In this document: positions 9,247 through 20,066 of the stretch, in pieces
Layout: each line of letters begins with the position of its first letter
Position numbering within the stretch: the stretch's first letter is position 1
NCBI GenBank assembly: GCA_965248755.1
Contig: OZ252149.1
Location: 1,856,001-1,920,000, forward strand
Reading direction: 5' to 3'
Length of the DNA: 64,000 nucleotides
Origin: Candidatus Latescibacterota bacterium
GTDB taxonomy: Bacteria; Latescibacterota; CBDEFO01
Translations under genes and position numbers: made by a program
Notes under the pieces: model-generated
The model's input: only the letters and a program-made list of their open reading frames with translations
Told to the model about the DNA's origin: nothing
The model's database searches: none

Positions 9247-10497
9247 TTAATTGAATCTTTCAGCCTTGAGTGGGATCAAGTCTATTTCCGGCGTCTCATC
9301 TGACACGATCTGGGAGACCATCTTTCCCGTAATAGGACCCAGCGTTACGCCTATCATGGCGTGACCTGCTGCGATAGTCAGATTCTGGAATGACTCGGTG
9401 CGTCCTATAATCGGCAGACCATCGGGAGTACAGGGACGCAGACCGCGCCAGATTTCGATGATCTCCAGGTCTTCTGTCCCGGAGATGTACTTAGGGGCAG
9501 CGCGCATGATGGCTTCCACGCGCCCGCGGTTTATCGAAAGGTCGAGGCCAGCCAATTCAAGCGTCCCGGCAAAGCGCAGCGTCTGGCCCATGGGAGTAAT
9601 TCCCACCCTGGCCTCGCCCATAAGAAGCGGGATTGTTGGACACGTCTCCGGGCGTACCACAGTTATGCTGTAACCCTTGGCGGCCTGAATGGACAGTTTG
9701 AGATCAAGATCTCTTGCAAGGACGGGCGACCACGAGCCGCCGGCCAAGACTACCTGATCCGGATGGAAGTCGCCGCGGGTCGTCTTGACAGTCGAAATCC
9801 TGCTGCCGGAAGTTTCAAACCCCAACACTTCGGTTGACGTCTTGAGGATGCCGCCTGCCTCTTCGACGACGCGGGCAAGACCCCGAACAAACTCAGCGGG
9901 GATGAGGTGAGCGTCCTGTTCAAAGAAGACCCCGCCGACGACGCCGGGAAGGAGACAGGGCTGCATCTTGAGAACCGTCTCTCCGTCCAGCAGCTCTGCC
10001 TTGAGTCCGATATCCTGAAGTAGATGGGCCTCCTCGATCCCCTCCTTGTAACCGTTCTCTGTACTGTAGACCATCAGCACGCCGTCTTGTGTAAAGCCGA
10101 ATTCCAACCCGTCAATTGCGGCCAATTCTGCGTAGAGTTCGAGGCTGGCCAGACTCATCTCTCCGATGATCGGCATGGTCTTTCGCATCGCCTTTTGGTT
10201 GCAGAACCCCCGAAACTTCCAGAGCCAGGAGAAGAGTTCAAGATCAAGGCGCGGCTTGATATAGAACGGGCTCTGGCTGTCGAACATCCACTTGAGTCCC
10301 TTGGACAATACCCCCGGCGCGGGAAGTGGCACGCTGTGGCTGGGGACTAAAAGCCCGGCGTTGCCGTAAGAACAGCCCGAGCAGATTTCGCCTTTGTCCA
10401 GGATCGTAACCTGCATGCCCTTCTGCATAAGATAGTAGGCCGAGCAGACGCCGATGACGCCGCCGCCGATTACGAGTATGTCTTCCTTTTTTGCCAT
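9247..10497 (-). CDS. D-amino acid dehydrogenase (DadA-like FAD-dependent oxidoreductase)
   Basis: GGGVIG, CSYGNAG, AKGYS, WRGLRPCTPDGLPIIG, GHAMIGVTLGPITG. Confidence 0.88.
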   Translation of the reverse strand: MAKKEDILVIGGGVIGVCSAYYLMQKGMQVTILDKGEICSGCSYGNAGLLVPSHSVPLPAPGVLSKGLKWMFDSQSPFYIKPRLDLELFSWLWKFRGFCNQKAMRKTMPIIGEMSLASLELYAELAAIDGLEFGFTQDGVLMVYSTENGYKEGIEEAHLLQDIGLKAELLDGETVLKMQPCLLPGVVGGVFFEQDAHLIPAEFVRGLARVVEEAGGILKTSTEVLGFETSGSRISTVKTTRGDFHPDQVVLAGGSWSPVLARDLDLKLSIQAAKGYSITVVRPETCPTIPLLMGEARVGITPMGQTLRFAGTLELAGLDLSINRGRVEAIMRAAPKYISGTEDLEIIEIWRGLRPCTPDGLPIIGRTESFQNLTIAAGHAMIGVTLGPITGKMVSQIVSDETPEIDLIPLKAERFN

Positions 10498-10655
10498 AAC
10501 GCTCTATTTACCTCTTTCCTTGTCACCGCGTTGGGGAGCCCCGTACAGATTGAAGCAAGCGCAGTTTCTCTTCGACGCTGTCTGTGCGGCGCTCATATTG
10601 GGTCTCTGGCTTGATGGTCCTCCTATCCGATCGGCTGTTATTGATCTTAACTATC

Positions 10656-10957
10656 CTATCTCATCAAGATCAACTTCCTTGTCTGTACAAATCCATCCGT
10701 CTCCATCCGATACAGATAGCCTCCGCTGGCAAGACTCTTTCCGTTATTATCTTTGCCTTCCCAGACTATAGAATAACTGCCTGTATCCATCTCTCTATCT
10801 ACCAATGTCGCAACCTTCTGTCCCATTACATTATAGGCAGATATAGTAACGTGGCTTTGAACAGGAAGGTCGTAATGGATCACCGTCAGGGGGTTAAACG
10901 GATTCGGGTAGTTCTGGGGGAGACAATAGTCGTGGGCACCGCAGCAATGTCCTCTAT
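10656..10957 (-). pseudogene. detached C-terminal FlgD-Ig / T9SS-type sorting domain
   Basis: PQNYPNPFNPLTVIHYDLP...RKLILMR*, separated from the upstream SprA-like ORF by a TAG and a frameshift. Confidence 0.65.
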
Positions 10958-11905
10958 CTATTCGTTTCCGGCTATCTCTATGGATGCAATAGAGATCTCT
11001 GTTCTACTGTCAACCCCTGTTACCCAAAGACGTACGTATTCTATACGCGTCGAATCGGGCGCAGCGTTTTGGGACCTTATTGGGGGCGAATCCCACAGCG
11101 GGACCCTGAAGAGTCGCCATCCGTTGCTGTATGTGTCTTCAACCAAATATGGAGTAGTATCATCAGAAAGAGGGATAGAATAGTGATAATACGCGTTCCT
11201 TGAGTCCAAGAAGCTGTTGTTGTTTATATCTTCTGTATCGGGAATTATCCCCCTGTCCGAATCGTTCTTGCTGTCTTCTGTTCCGTTGATCTGTTCGTAG
11301 TTGTCTCTGCTGTCCGTATCCGAATCGTAGTGCCAGTTATCCCCATTGGGATCGGGATTAAGGACGGGATCGTATCCTGGCTCAGCTTCATCGGCAAGCC
11401 CGTCTATTCCAACATCTTCACCCACGTCCAGGACATTATTTCTGATCCCGGATATATCTCTGTCCTCAGTGTCCAGCCTTCCGTTAAAAATAACATCCTC
11501 AGATATATCTCCTAAATCTATGTTAAGCGTCCCTGCATCGCCCTTTACCCACACCTCTACAAACTTAGACCAGGAAAAGTCACTGCTTCCTAAGGGGAGC
11601 GCCCGCATAACCCCTCCCCAGCGCTCCTCAATCGGTCCTGATGCTGTATCTTGATAGGTAGCTTTTCCCTCAGGATCAAAATCCAACACCAGAATATCTG
11701 TTTTGTTCTCTCTGCTTGAGACCTCCTTGTTGGGCCATATCTCCCCGGTGTCCACTCTATCGAAGGGATTATACCATATCAACCTTCCTTGATTAGATTT
11801 GAAGTCCTCTATTTGCTGTGGATCATCAACTGGGGGGCTGGCCTGGGTCCATACAGATCTAGATATTCCGAAGTTCGTCATCCCTGCTATTGCTCGATTG
11901 CCCAT
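10958..11905 (-). CDS. SprA/Sov-like non-barrel segment (part 2)
   Basis: WTQASPP, GRLIWYN, WGGVMRAL, IDLGDISED, LDTED, INGTE, PDTEDIN, GWRLFRVPL, YVRLWVTG, IEIAGNE: ordered motifs of the SprA conserved domain. Confidence 0.75.
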   Translation of the reverse strand: MGNRAIAGMTNFGISRSVWTQASPPVDDPQQIEDFKSNQGRLIWYNPFDRVDTGEIWPNKEVSSRENKTDILVLDFDPEGKATYQDTASGPIEERWGGVMRALPLGSSDFSWSKFVEVWVKGDAGTLNIDLGDISEDVIFNGRLDTEDRDISGIRNNVLDVGEDVGIDGLADEAEPGYDPVLNPDPNGDNWHYDSDTDSRDNYEQINGTEDSKNDSDRGIIPDTEDINNNSFLDSRNAYYHYSIPLSDDTTPYLVEDTYSNGWRLFRVPLWDSPPIRSQNAAPDSTRIEYVRLWVTGVDSRTEISIASIEIAGNE

Positions 11906-13034
11906 CCTGAATCTTTACCTCTACACTGTCCTGAATGTTTACCCCTATAAAGTACCTGCTGGCGTTCTGCCTTACTATCTGGTCTTGACTTTCGTATATT
12001 TGGGGGATCGTCTCCTCCAGCGGCGGTATATCAAGACCGTTATCCCTTGCCCAGTCGGGGTTTAAAGGATCAAAAGGCTGAAGGTCGGGGAATACCAATT
12101 CTCCTCTTTCGAGGTCTAGCGGGACGAAACGGAAGTTGCCTATCTGTATCTCCCCGAGATCCACAAGATTGTCAGATTGAGGATTATTATCTCTATCTTT
12201 AAGGTCTAATCCTAAAATCTTTATGTAGGGAACGCCGTTTTGCGAATCGTCCGGATCGTCCCCGGGGAGGTCCCTGAATACCCTGAGGTCGAATCCTTCG
12301 AGGGGTATCCTCCTTGCTCCAAGGTCGTAGACGTTTTTCCACTCAAGTTCCCAAGTTGTCTCCTGACCCGGGATCGGTCTTTGATTTTTTGCCTTTATCA
12401 GTTTTAATGTAAGTTCCTCGCCCAGAGTGGCATGCGTGTCCACGTCTCCAAAGGAGTCTGCCCTCTTCGTTTCGTAGGTCACAGCTACAACGTGGTAATC
12501 TCCTACGGAGCTGTTCAGAATTATGTATCCCAGCCTGGGGTCCAGGAAGTAGTCATTAGGGTCTATCTCGTGGAACTTGCCTCTGTGGAAATTCGTAGCA
12601 GTTTTTTGGAAATTGTTCGGGTTGAAGTCCTGTCCTCCATCCCAATAGTAAGCGAGTCCATCTATAGCTCTGTCCTGGGCATCGTTTTGCTGATTCTGGT
12701 CGTCTACAAAGACTCTCAAGTCGACTACCGAGTCAAGGGATTTGTATTCTTTATCCCGAAACCTATCTCTGTAGAGCAGATCCAGAAAGAAGTACTTATT
12801 CCTTACGTACTGGAAATCCCTTATAATATTTGATGATAGCTTTGAGGGCTCTGTAGGGGAATCAGAACCACATCCAGAAAGTAACGTGAGGATCAATATT
12901 GCAACAAAACTGATAACAGCATCTACAGTTACAAGGCTCTTGAGTCTACGATTCTGTCTTTCTACGTTCTTTAGTCGCTCCACTATGACCTGCAAGTGCG
13001 GCATCTGTAGTATCATAAATGTTTCTTGCCTCAT
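11859..13034 (-). CDS. lipoprotein with SprA-like non-barrel segment (part 1)
   Basis: Hydrophobic stretch and LSGC lipobox; YFFLD, LGYI, LKLIK, WELEWKNVYDLG, ILGLD, GELVFPDLQPFDP motifs as in the SprA N-terminal region. Confidence 0.72.
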   Translation of the reverse strand: MRQETFMILQMPHLQVIVERLKNVERQNRRLKSLVTVDAVISFVAILILTLLSGCGSDSPTEPSKLSSNIIRDFQYVRNKYFFLDLLYRDRFRDKEYKSLDSVVDLRVFVDDQNQQNDAQDRAIDGLAYYWDGGQDFNPNNFQKTATNFHRGKFHEIDPNDYFLDPRLGYIILNSSVGDYHVVAVTYETKRADSFGDVDTHATLGEELTLKLIKAKNQRPIPGQETTWELEWKNVYDLGARRIPLEGFDLRVFRDLPGDDPDDSQNGVPYIKILGLDLKDRDNNPQSDNLVDLGEIQIGNFRFVPLDLERGELVFPDLQPFDPLNPDWARDNGLDIPPLEETIPQIYESQDQIVRQNASRYFIGVNIQDSVEVKIQDGQSSNSRDDELRNI

Positions 13035-13058
13035 CCATCTCTCTTATAGAGAAAGGAT

Positions 13059-13214
13059 CCTACCGCATCAATACCAGCTTTCTTATTCGCACAAATCCGT
13101 CTGCTACCATACGATAGAAATAGACTCCGCTGGCAAGGCTCTCTCCGTTATGGTCTCTGCCATCCCAGGCTAGAGAAGAACGTAAGTCTCAGGAACGTCT
13201 GATGATAGTTATGC
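13059..13214 (-). pseudogene. internally deleted C-terminal sorting-domain remnant
   Basis: After the FG-GAP stop: SSDVPETYVLL* joined to WDGRDHNGESLASGVYFYRM...RKLVLMR*. Confidence 0.7.
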
Positions 13215-14210
13215 CTACTCATTTATGGTAGCGGGGGTAGCAGAAAGATTAAACAACACTGATACAATATCGCTGCCACTATTAGCCACAGCCAGGTCAT
13301 TATCTCCATCCCCGTCTAAATCCGCACTGAATACTGAACTGGGATCATCCCCAGCGGTATAGTCCACCTTATGTGCAAATGTACCATCTCCGTTGTTCAA
13401 CAACGATGATACAGCACTGGGGAAGGTGAAGCCACTATTAGCCACAGCTATGTCGTTATCTCCATCGCCATCTAAATCTGCTATGAATACTGACGAGGGT
13501 TGCCATCCAGCGTCATAGTCCATCTTATATGCAAACGTACCGTCTCCATTATTCATCAACACTGACACAGTTTTGCCAGGATGATGAAAGCGGCCCCAAT
13601 TAGCCACAGCTAGGTCATTATCTCCATCGCCATCTAAATCCGCAATGAATACTGAACGGGGATTACGCCCAGTTTCATAGTCCACCTTATGTGCAAATGT
13701 CCCATCTCCGTTGTTCAATAACACTGATACACTGCTCCACAAAATAACCCTACTAAACTGATTAGCCACAGCTAGGTCATTATCTCCATCGCCATCTAAA
13801 TCCGCAATGAATACTGAACGGGGATTACGCCCAGTTTCATAGTCCACCTTATGTGCAAATGTCCCATCTCCGTTGTTCAATAACACTGATACGGTATTGC
13901 TGTGAAAATTAGCCACAGCCAGATCATTATCTCCATACCCATCTAAATCCGCTATAAAAACTGAACTACCCCCAGCATCATAGCTCCCGTTAGGCGTAAA
14001 TGTTCCACCCCCATCATTCAACAACACTGATACACCTATACCACTAGCCACAGCTAAGTCATTATCTCCATCTCCATCTAAATCAGCACTGAATACTGAT
14101 ACAGCGCAAACAACATAGTCAGTCCTGGGTCCGAAAAGACCCTGTGCATAGGCAGGCGAATTCAAAGTGACTAAGAGCCAGAATGCAATGAAAAAGGAGA
14201 TATTGAACAT
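13215..14210 (-). CDS. secreted FG-GAP/VCBS repeat beta-propeller protein
   Basis: Signal peptide MFNISFFIAFW...AYAQ; repeated ADLDGDGDNDLAVAN...VSVLLNNGDGTF. Confidence 0.88.
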   Translation of the reverse strand: MFNISFFIAFWLLVTLNSPAYAQGLFGPRTDYVVCAVSVFSADLDGDGDNDLAVASGIGVSVLLNDGGGTFTPNGSYDAGGSSVFIADLDGYGDNDLAVANFHSNTVSVLLNNGDGTFAHKVDYETGRNPRSVFIADLDGDGDNDLAVANQFSRVILWSSVSVLLNNGDGTFAHKVDYETGRNPRSVFIADLDGDGDNDLAVANWGRFHHPGKTVSVLMNNGDGTFAYKMDYDAGWQPSSVFIADLDGDGDNDIAVANSGFTFPSAVSSLLNNGDGTFAHKVDYTAGDDPSSVFSADLDGDGDNDLAVANSGSDIVSVLFNLSATPATINE

Positions 14211-14245
14211 AGTTCGAATCTTCTTTATTACAGGGCTACATGGGT

Positions 14246-14400
14246 TCACCGCATCAACACCAGCTTCCTTGTATGCACAAATCCATCCGTCTTCATCCGA
14301 TAGAGATAAACTCCGCTGGTAAGGCTCTTTTGATTGTCATCTTTGCCATGCCGGGCTAGAGAAGAACGTAAGTCTCAGGAACTTCTGATGATAGTTATGC
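14246..14400 (-). pseudogene. internally deleted C-terminal sorting-domain remnant
   Basis: Same stop and deletion junction (TTCTCTAGCC) as 13059-13214. Confidence 0.7.
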
Positions 14401-15522
14401 CTACTCATTCATGGTAGCGGGGGTAGTGGACAGATTGATCAACACTGATACATTATCGCTCCAATAATTAGCCACAGCCAAGTCATTATCTCCATCTCCA
14501 TCTAAATCTGCACTGAATACTGATATGGGGCCATCCCCAGCGGTATAGTCCACCTTGGGTGCGAATATTCCATCTCCGTTGTTCAACAATATAGACACAA
14601 CATCAGGGCTGTTAAGATTAGCGACAGCCAGATCATTGTCACCATCTCCATCTAAATCAGCACTGAATACTGAATAGGGATCAACCCGAACAGTATAGTC
14701 CACTTTAGGTGCAAATGTACCGATCCCGTAATTCAACAACACTGAGACATTATTACCACCCCTATTTGCCACAGCCATATCGTTATCTCCGTCTCCATCT
14801 AGATCCACACTGAATACTGAATAGGGACCAACAGTATCATAGTCTACTTTAGGTGCAAATGTACCATTCCCGTTATTCAATAACACTGATACAGTATTGC
14901 TGTTAGAATTAGCCACAGCCAAGTCCTTGTCTCCATCTCCATCCAAATCTCCACAGAACACTGATGCGGAACCAGACCCAGCAGGATAGTCCACTTTAGG
15001 TGCAAATGTACCATTTCCCTTATTCAACAACACTGATACATTATTGCTGTTAAAATTAGCTACAGCCAAGTCCTTGTCTCCATCTAAATCTAAATCAGCA
15101 ATGAAGACTGACCAAGGATGCATGGCAGTGACATAGTCCACCTTGGGTGCGAATGTTCCATTTCCGTTGTTCATCAACACTGACACAGTATGGCTGTGAG
15201 CGTTAGCCACAGCCAAGTCATTATCTCCATCTCCATCTAAATCTGCACTGAATACTGAACTGGGAACAAGCCCAACACCATAGTTCACCTTATCCACAAA
15301 TGTCCCATCTCCATTATTTAACAACACTGATACATCATTGCTGCCACCATTAGCCACAGCTAAGTCATTGTCCCTATCTCCATCTAAGTCCGCAATGAAA
15401 ACGGATTCGGGACTATCCCCGGTAGGATAGCTGGTCGGAGACCCGAAAAGATCCTGTGCATAGCCAGACGTATTCAAAGTGACCAGCAGTGTCAGAACAG
15501 CGGATGAAATTATATGCGTCAT
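14401..15522 (-). CDS. secreted FG-GAP/VCBS repeat protein (7 repeats)
   Basis: Signal peptide; seven DLDxDxDxDLAVAN units. Confidence 0.9.
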   Translation of the reverse strand: MTHIISSAVLTLLVTLNTSGYAQDLFGSPTSYPTGDSPESVFIADLDGDRDNDLAVANGGSNDVSVLLNNGDGTFVDKVNYGVGLVPSSVFSADLDGDGDNDLAVANAHSHTVSVLMNNGNGTFAPKVDYVTAMHPWSVFIADLDLDGDKDLAVANFNSNNVSVLLNKGNGTFAPKVDYPAGSGSASVFCGDLDGDGDKDLAVANSNSNTVSVLLNNGNGTFAPKVDYDTVGPYSVFSVDLDGDGDNDMAVANRGGNNVSVLLNYGIGTFAPKVDYTVRVDPYSVFSADLDGDGDNDLAVANLNSPDVVSILLNNGDGIFAPKVDYTAGDGPISVFSADLDGDGDNDLAVANYWSDNVSVLINLSTTPATMNE

Positions 15523-15643
15523 TTTGAGACGTCCTCTTTAGGATTGATATTGACTACTAATGGAATAACTACAATGAGAACCAAACATGCTGTGTAAAAA
15601 CCTCCTGCTTCGTAGTCTAGACGTTCACTACCACTGATGCAGG

Positions 15644-16288
15644 TCAAACGTCGACGGCCAATCGTTTTCTCAAACTCCTGATTATATTTAGGTGCGGTAG
15701 AAAGCGCCCTTTATGCCTCATATACCCACAATACTCGTCGCCGAACCTCTCTATTAGTTTTTCCTCCTCAATGGGGGTTCGAATAAGGAGCACAGTAAAG
15801 ACCAAGATGAGCATTAGCATGAAAAACCAATTTGCCGCCAGTAGACCAAACCCAATCCAAGACAAAATCCACACAGAATACAGTGGGTTCCGAACCCAGC
15901 GATAGGGTCCGGTTGTGACCAACGTATGTCGTTTTCTGGTTACAACGGTATCAGTTACATTCTTGCCAAGACTGCTAAAGACCCAGTAGAATAAGGGGAC
16001 GGATACAGCCCCTAGAATCACGCCAAACCAACGCAATACTGTGGGGATCTGCAAAGTAGACCATTGCATCCACGGCGGATAAACGATGTAAACCAATATA
16101 GAAATCCAGGCAGCAAGGCTAAAAAGTCTCAGCGCGATCAATAAGGGCAGACCTTCTTCTTTCCTCGAGAGTTTTTCTCCAGATTGAGCCGCCTTCCCAC
16201 GATAGTACACCCCGACCGATAAGCCTGAAATGAACAGTGTGATGACGATTGCCCTGAAGACGAGTTCGTGATTCACTTGGGTCCTCAC
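15644..16288 (-). CDS. isoprenylcysteine carboxyl methyltransferase (ICMT/Ste14) family membrane protein
   Basis: Transmembrane helices; LVTTGPYRWVRNPLY, EEEKLIERFGDEY. Confidence 0.85.
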   Translation of the reverse strand: MRTQVNHELVFRAIVITLFISGLSVGVYYRGKAAQSGEKLSRKEEGLPLLIALRLFSLAAWISILVYIVYPPWMQWSTLQIPTVLRWFGVILGAVSVPLFYWVFSSLGKNVTDTVVTRKRHTLVTTGPYRWVRNPLYSVWILSWIGFGLLAANWFFMLMLILVFTVLLIRTPIEEEKLIERFGDEYCGYMRHKGRFLPHLNIIRSLRKRLAVDV

Positions 16289-16593
16289 ATCTTGAATGAT
16301 ATTTAAGAGGGAAGATACAACGGTCGGGAGTAGATGTCAATAGAGGATAGACAATTGGGAAAATGGTAAAGAGAATCCGGAAAAGCAAAAATTCCTTTGA
16401 TAACCGGTAGCCTCAAGTAGTACTGACCAACACAAAATACGTACAGGGAAATCTACACTGACGAAAACATCACAGTTATTGTTCAATCATAAACTATTGT
16501 CATCGATGCTTCAATCAGGGCTGTCTAAGCAATATTTAGATATTAGATTTATTTGATACCAATTTTGACTACTTCGCAGGGGGTTTATGGAGT

Positions 16594-19500
16594 CTATCTC
16601 ATCAATAACAGCTTCCTCGTCTTCACAAATCCACCCGTCTCCATCCGATAGAAATAGACTCCGCTGGCAAGGCTCTCTCCATTATTACCTTTGCCATCCC
16701 AGACTACGGAGTAGCTACCGGCTGATCTGTGACCATCCACCAATGTCGCAACCTTCTGTCCCATTAAATTGAAGATAGATATGCTAACGCGGCTTCCAAC
16801 AGGAAGATCGTAATGGATCACCGTCTCCGGGTTGAACGGATTTGGATAGTTCTGGAAGAGGGAGTATCCTGAAGGTATAGACATCTCTTCTGACTCGTCC
16901 ACAGCCGTGATCCTTTCAACCTCCCGAGTCATCAATCTCATATCGTCAAGGTAGAATGTCTCCTCCACCGCCCCAGCGATTGGGATCGACACTATGCGGC
17001 CTTCCCGGTTCGCTGGAACCTCTGAGATCGGGATAGACACCAACTGCCAGGTGTCCGGCTGTGGCACAATCCCCAGGCCGCTCAACTGCTTGCCCGCAAT
17101 AATAGGACTCTGCTCGGAAGCATTTCCCCCGTTGATGTAGAACTCCAGGTGGGTGTAGCCGAAGAAGGGATCAATCCCTCCAGGATCGTACAACAAATAT
17201 TTTATTGCCCCTAGCAACGAGATGGCGTGAGAGGCGCTGCCACTATGGACGAATTTTGAGGACGTCAGATCAGATTCGACTCTGATGGCTCTGCCAAGCT
17301 CAACCGTCCATCCAGGTTCGATCCCATCCCTGTAAATCCATAGATCATCTGAGGGAAAGAGCTCGACCTTGCTCTTTGCAAAGACCCTGCTTGAAGCGGT
17401 GTCCTCGACAGTAATTTTTAGGGTATTCTCTCTCGTAAATCCCCTGGGTACCAAACTAACCGAAGCAGTGAAGATCCCATCGCCAAAGACCTCATCCCTT
17501 CCAGTTCCGTCATCGTGCAAAGGGATTTCAACCCCACCACCTATCGGGCTTAAATCCACAGTGACTTTGACCGGACCTCCATCGTCCCTTGAAGGGGAGA
17601 CCTTTGCAGCGATGGTCATATCAGTTTCAACACCCACGTGCACATCAGGAGGAGTTACCGAAACATCACGGCTGCGGACGAGGTAAGACGGCCTTCTGAA
17701 CCTGAGGATAAAAAGTCCATCATCTCTATCGCTGACGAAGACCAGATCCCCTGAGGGGAAGGAGCTCCAGGCCCCGCTGAATAACCCTCCAGAGTAGCTG
17801 TCGCTCAGGACGTAAAAGCCGACCTCTATGGGGTCCGTCGGATCAGAGACATCAACAACTCTGAAGCCGTCTTCATGGTTCCCTATGTATACAAGGTCGC
17901 CTTCCACAAGGATATTGTGGATCGAGACCCCTTCAACGGTACGGCTAGAGCTTTTATAACTGCCGACTTCTCTGGGATCGGAAAGGTCTCTTATGTCTAT
18001 AACTCGCATGAAGGCGCCAGGATACTCATCAGTTATAAAGACGAAATCCCCATTTGCAGAGGGTTCCACACTGTGCGTAGAGGCGTCAGGATAGGTGTAA
18101 GAGCCAATCTCCCTCGGGTTTTTGGGATCTGCAACATCCAGGATTCTAAGTCCAGCCCCCCAATATGCTAAATAGGCCCTGTCTCCTGAGACAGAGACGT
18201 CATGGAGGAAGCCACTAAAATCTAGCTCAAACTGTTCTGATCTAGGTAACTCCCAGTGTCCGATCTCGAAGGGCTGCTTCGGATTGGAGATATCCACTAT
18301 CCGGAGCTCGCCAAAATTGCTGACCAGATAGACGAGATTCCCCGCTATAAAGGAGTTGTGGACGCCAAATGGAAGGTTGCTTGTATATTTGGCCAGTTCC
18401 ACGGGGTTTGACGGGTCGGAGATATCCAGGATCTGGATCCCTCTCAGGCCGGCGTCCAAAGATAAAGAAGCCTCATTAGAGACAACAGCTAAGTTGCCTG
18501 AGACCTTAACGTCCCAGATTATGACCCTCTTAGAGACATTGATCCATATGACCTCCCCAGCTTTGCCCAGAGCCAAGCCAAAAGGGCCGGCAACCACGCC
18601 GCCAGTGGCCAAGGTGGTCAGGCCTCCGGTCTCCGGATCCAGTTTAAAGATCGCTCCTGTGGTGATGCCGAGCTCTTTGGGGTCGGCGTGGAGATCTGCA
18701 ATGATGATGGAACCATCATCATCCACCGCAAGACTTACAGGAGTGTGAAGGGGTGGACCAGACCTTAAAATCCTAACCTTACCTGTAGCCGGATCGATTC
18801 TGAGAATACTTGGCCGGAAGCCAAGAAAACCGGGGTCTATGCCGATTATAGCACCACTTGCATCAAGGGCTATAGCGCCTAAATCGGAGAAGTCACCCAG
18901 AAAATCCGACTCGGCTTCAACTACGGTGGTAAATTCTCCCGTGGCCGGGTCCAGCCTTATTAGCTTTCCCCCTTCATACTCTTCTGTCACTGGATTGAAG
19001 CCATCCGAATGCGAGATGAAGACGACTCCCGAGGAATCGACGGCAACCCCGTACGGGGAAGTGATGGAGGGATCTTTTAAAAGGGGGGTTACGGTTCCGG
19101 TCTCCGGGTCCACTTTAAAAAGACCCCGCTCTTTCCCCTGGCAGAGCTTGTAACTATAAGGGCGCCGGTCTCATCAATAGTTATGCCCAGAGGATGGATC
19201 AGGGGATCTCCCTTAACTACAGTCTTTATCTCCCCGGTCTCCAGGTCGACCCGTAAAATAGCTCCTTCTTGCTCTTTTACAGAGAAGGAAAAGGAGGACC
19301 TCCTGCCAAAATCCGCCACGAAGAGGGTACCGTTTCTGTCCAGAGCCACCCCGGCAGGGAATATCAAGGGTGTTCCTGTTGCGCGGAGAACGGTTTCACC
19401 CGAAATCCGATCCAAAGTGAAGACCCCTGCTGTATAGTTCGGAAAAGCGCCGACCTCTTTGGGGTTCGCAGGATCAGAGACATCTATAACCCGGAGGCCG

Positions 19501-19844
19501 TCGAAGGAGTTACCAAGATAGACATAGTTTCCGGAGACGTAAAGGTCCGCAAACCTCTCACGAGAATCGGGTTTGTAGCTGCCCACAAGCTCCGTGTTAT
19601 TGCTGCTCACCTGCGCGACAAGAGGCTTAAAGCGTTGGCTTTCCCCATAGTTTTGGTGCATCCTCTCACGATACCGAAGGTAGTTTTTGAGGAGCTCCCG
19701 CATCTCCGATCTATCCCCGATTGAGCCCCCGATTGACTGATCCCCGATAGATTCAATCGGGGAGGGTCGGGACTCAGCAAAGCTGGCTGAAACGGCCAGC
19801 AGGAATATCAGAGGTACTGCCCAAAGAGAAGTCAACTTCAACAT
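16594..19844 (-). pseudogene. frameshifted LVIVD/NHL-like beta-propeller protein with C-terminal sorting domain (ORFs 19089-19844 and 16594-19113)
   Basis: Colinear with intact paralogue 20067-23288; A5 at 19117-19121 versus A3 at 22620-22622 (+2 bp) breaks the frame. Confidence 0.8.
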
Positions 19845-19861
19845 TAACGGCCTCCTGTTTA

Positions 19862-20066
19862 TAAACAGCTTCTAATACGTTGACCCTACGTAATTACTTG
19901 CCTTTCTGCTGATGATCGTGCTCAAAAGCCCAGTCTTCAGGAGCATCTACAGTCCCTACCAAGCTGTCCAGGACTTCCCAGACACTCCACTATGACCTGT
20001 ACGTCCGGCATCTGTAGTATCATAAATGTTTCTTACGTCATCCATTTCTCTTATAGAGAAAGTATC
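19862..20066. repeat. ~205-bp intergenic direct repeat, copy 1 (copy 2 ~23295-23498; partial copy ~12977-13060)
   Basis: Near-identical AAACAGCTTCTAAT...CTCTTATAGAGAAAGTATC blocks. Confidence 0.9.
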
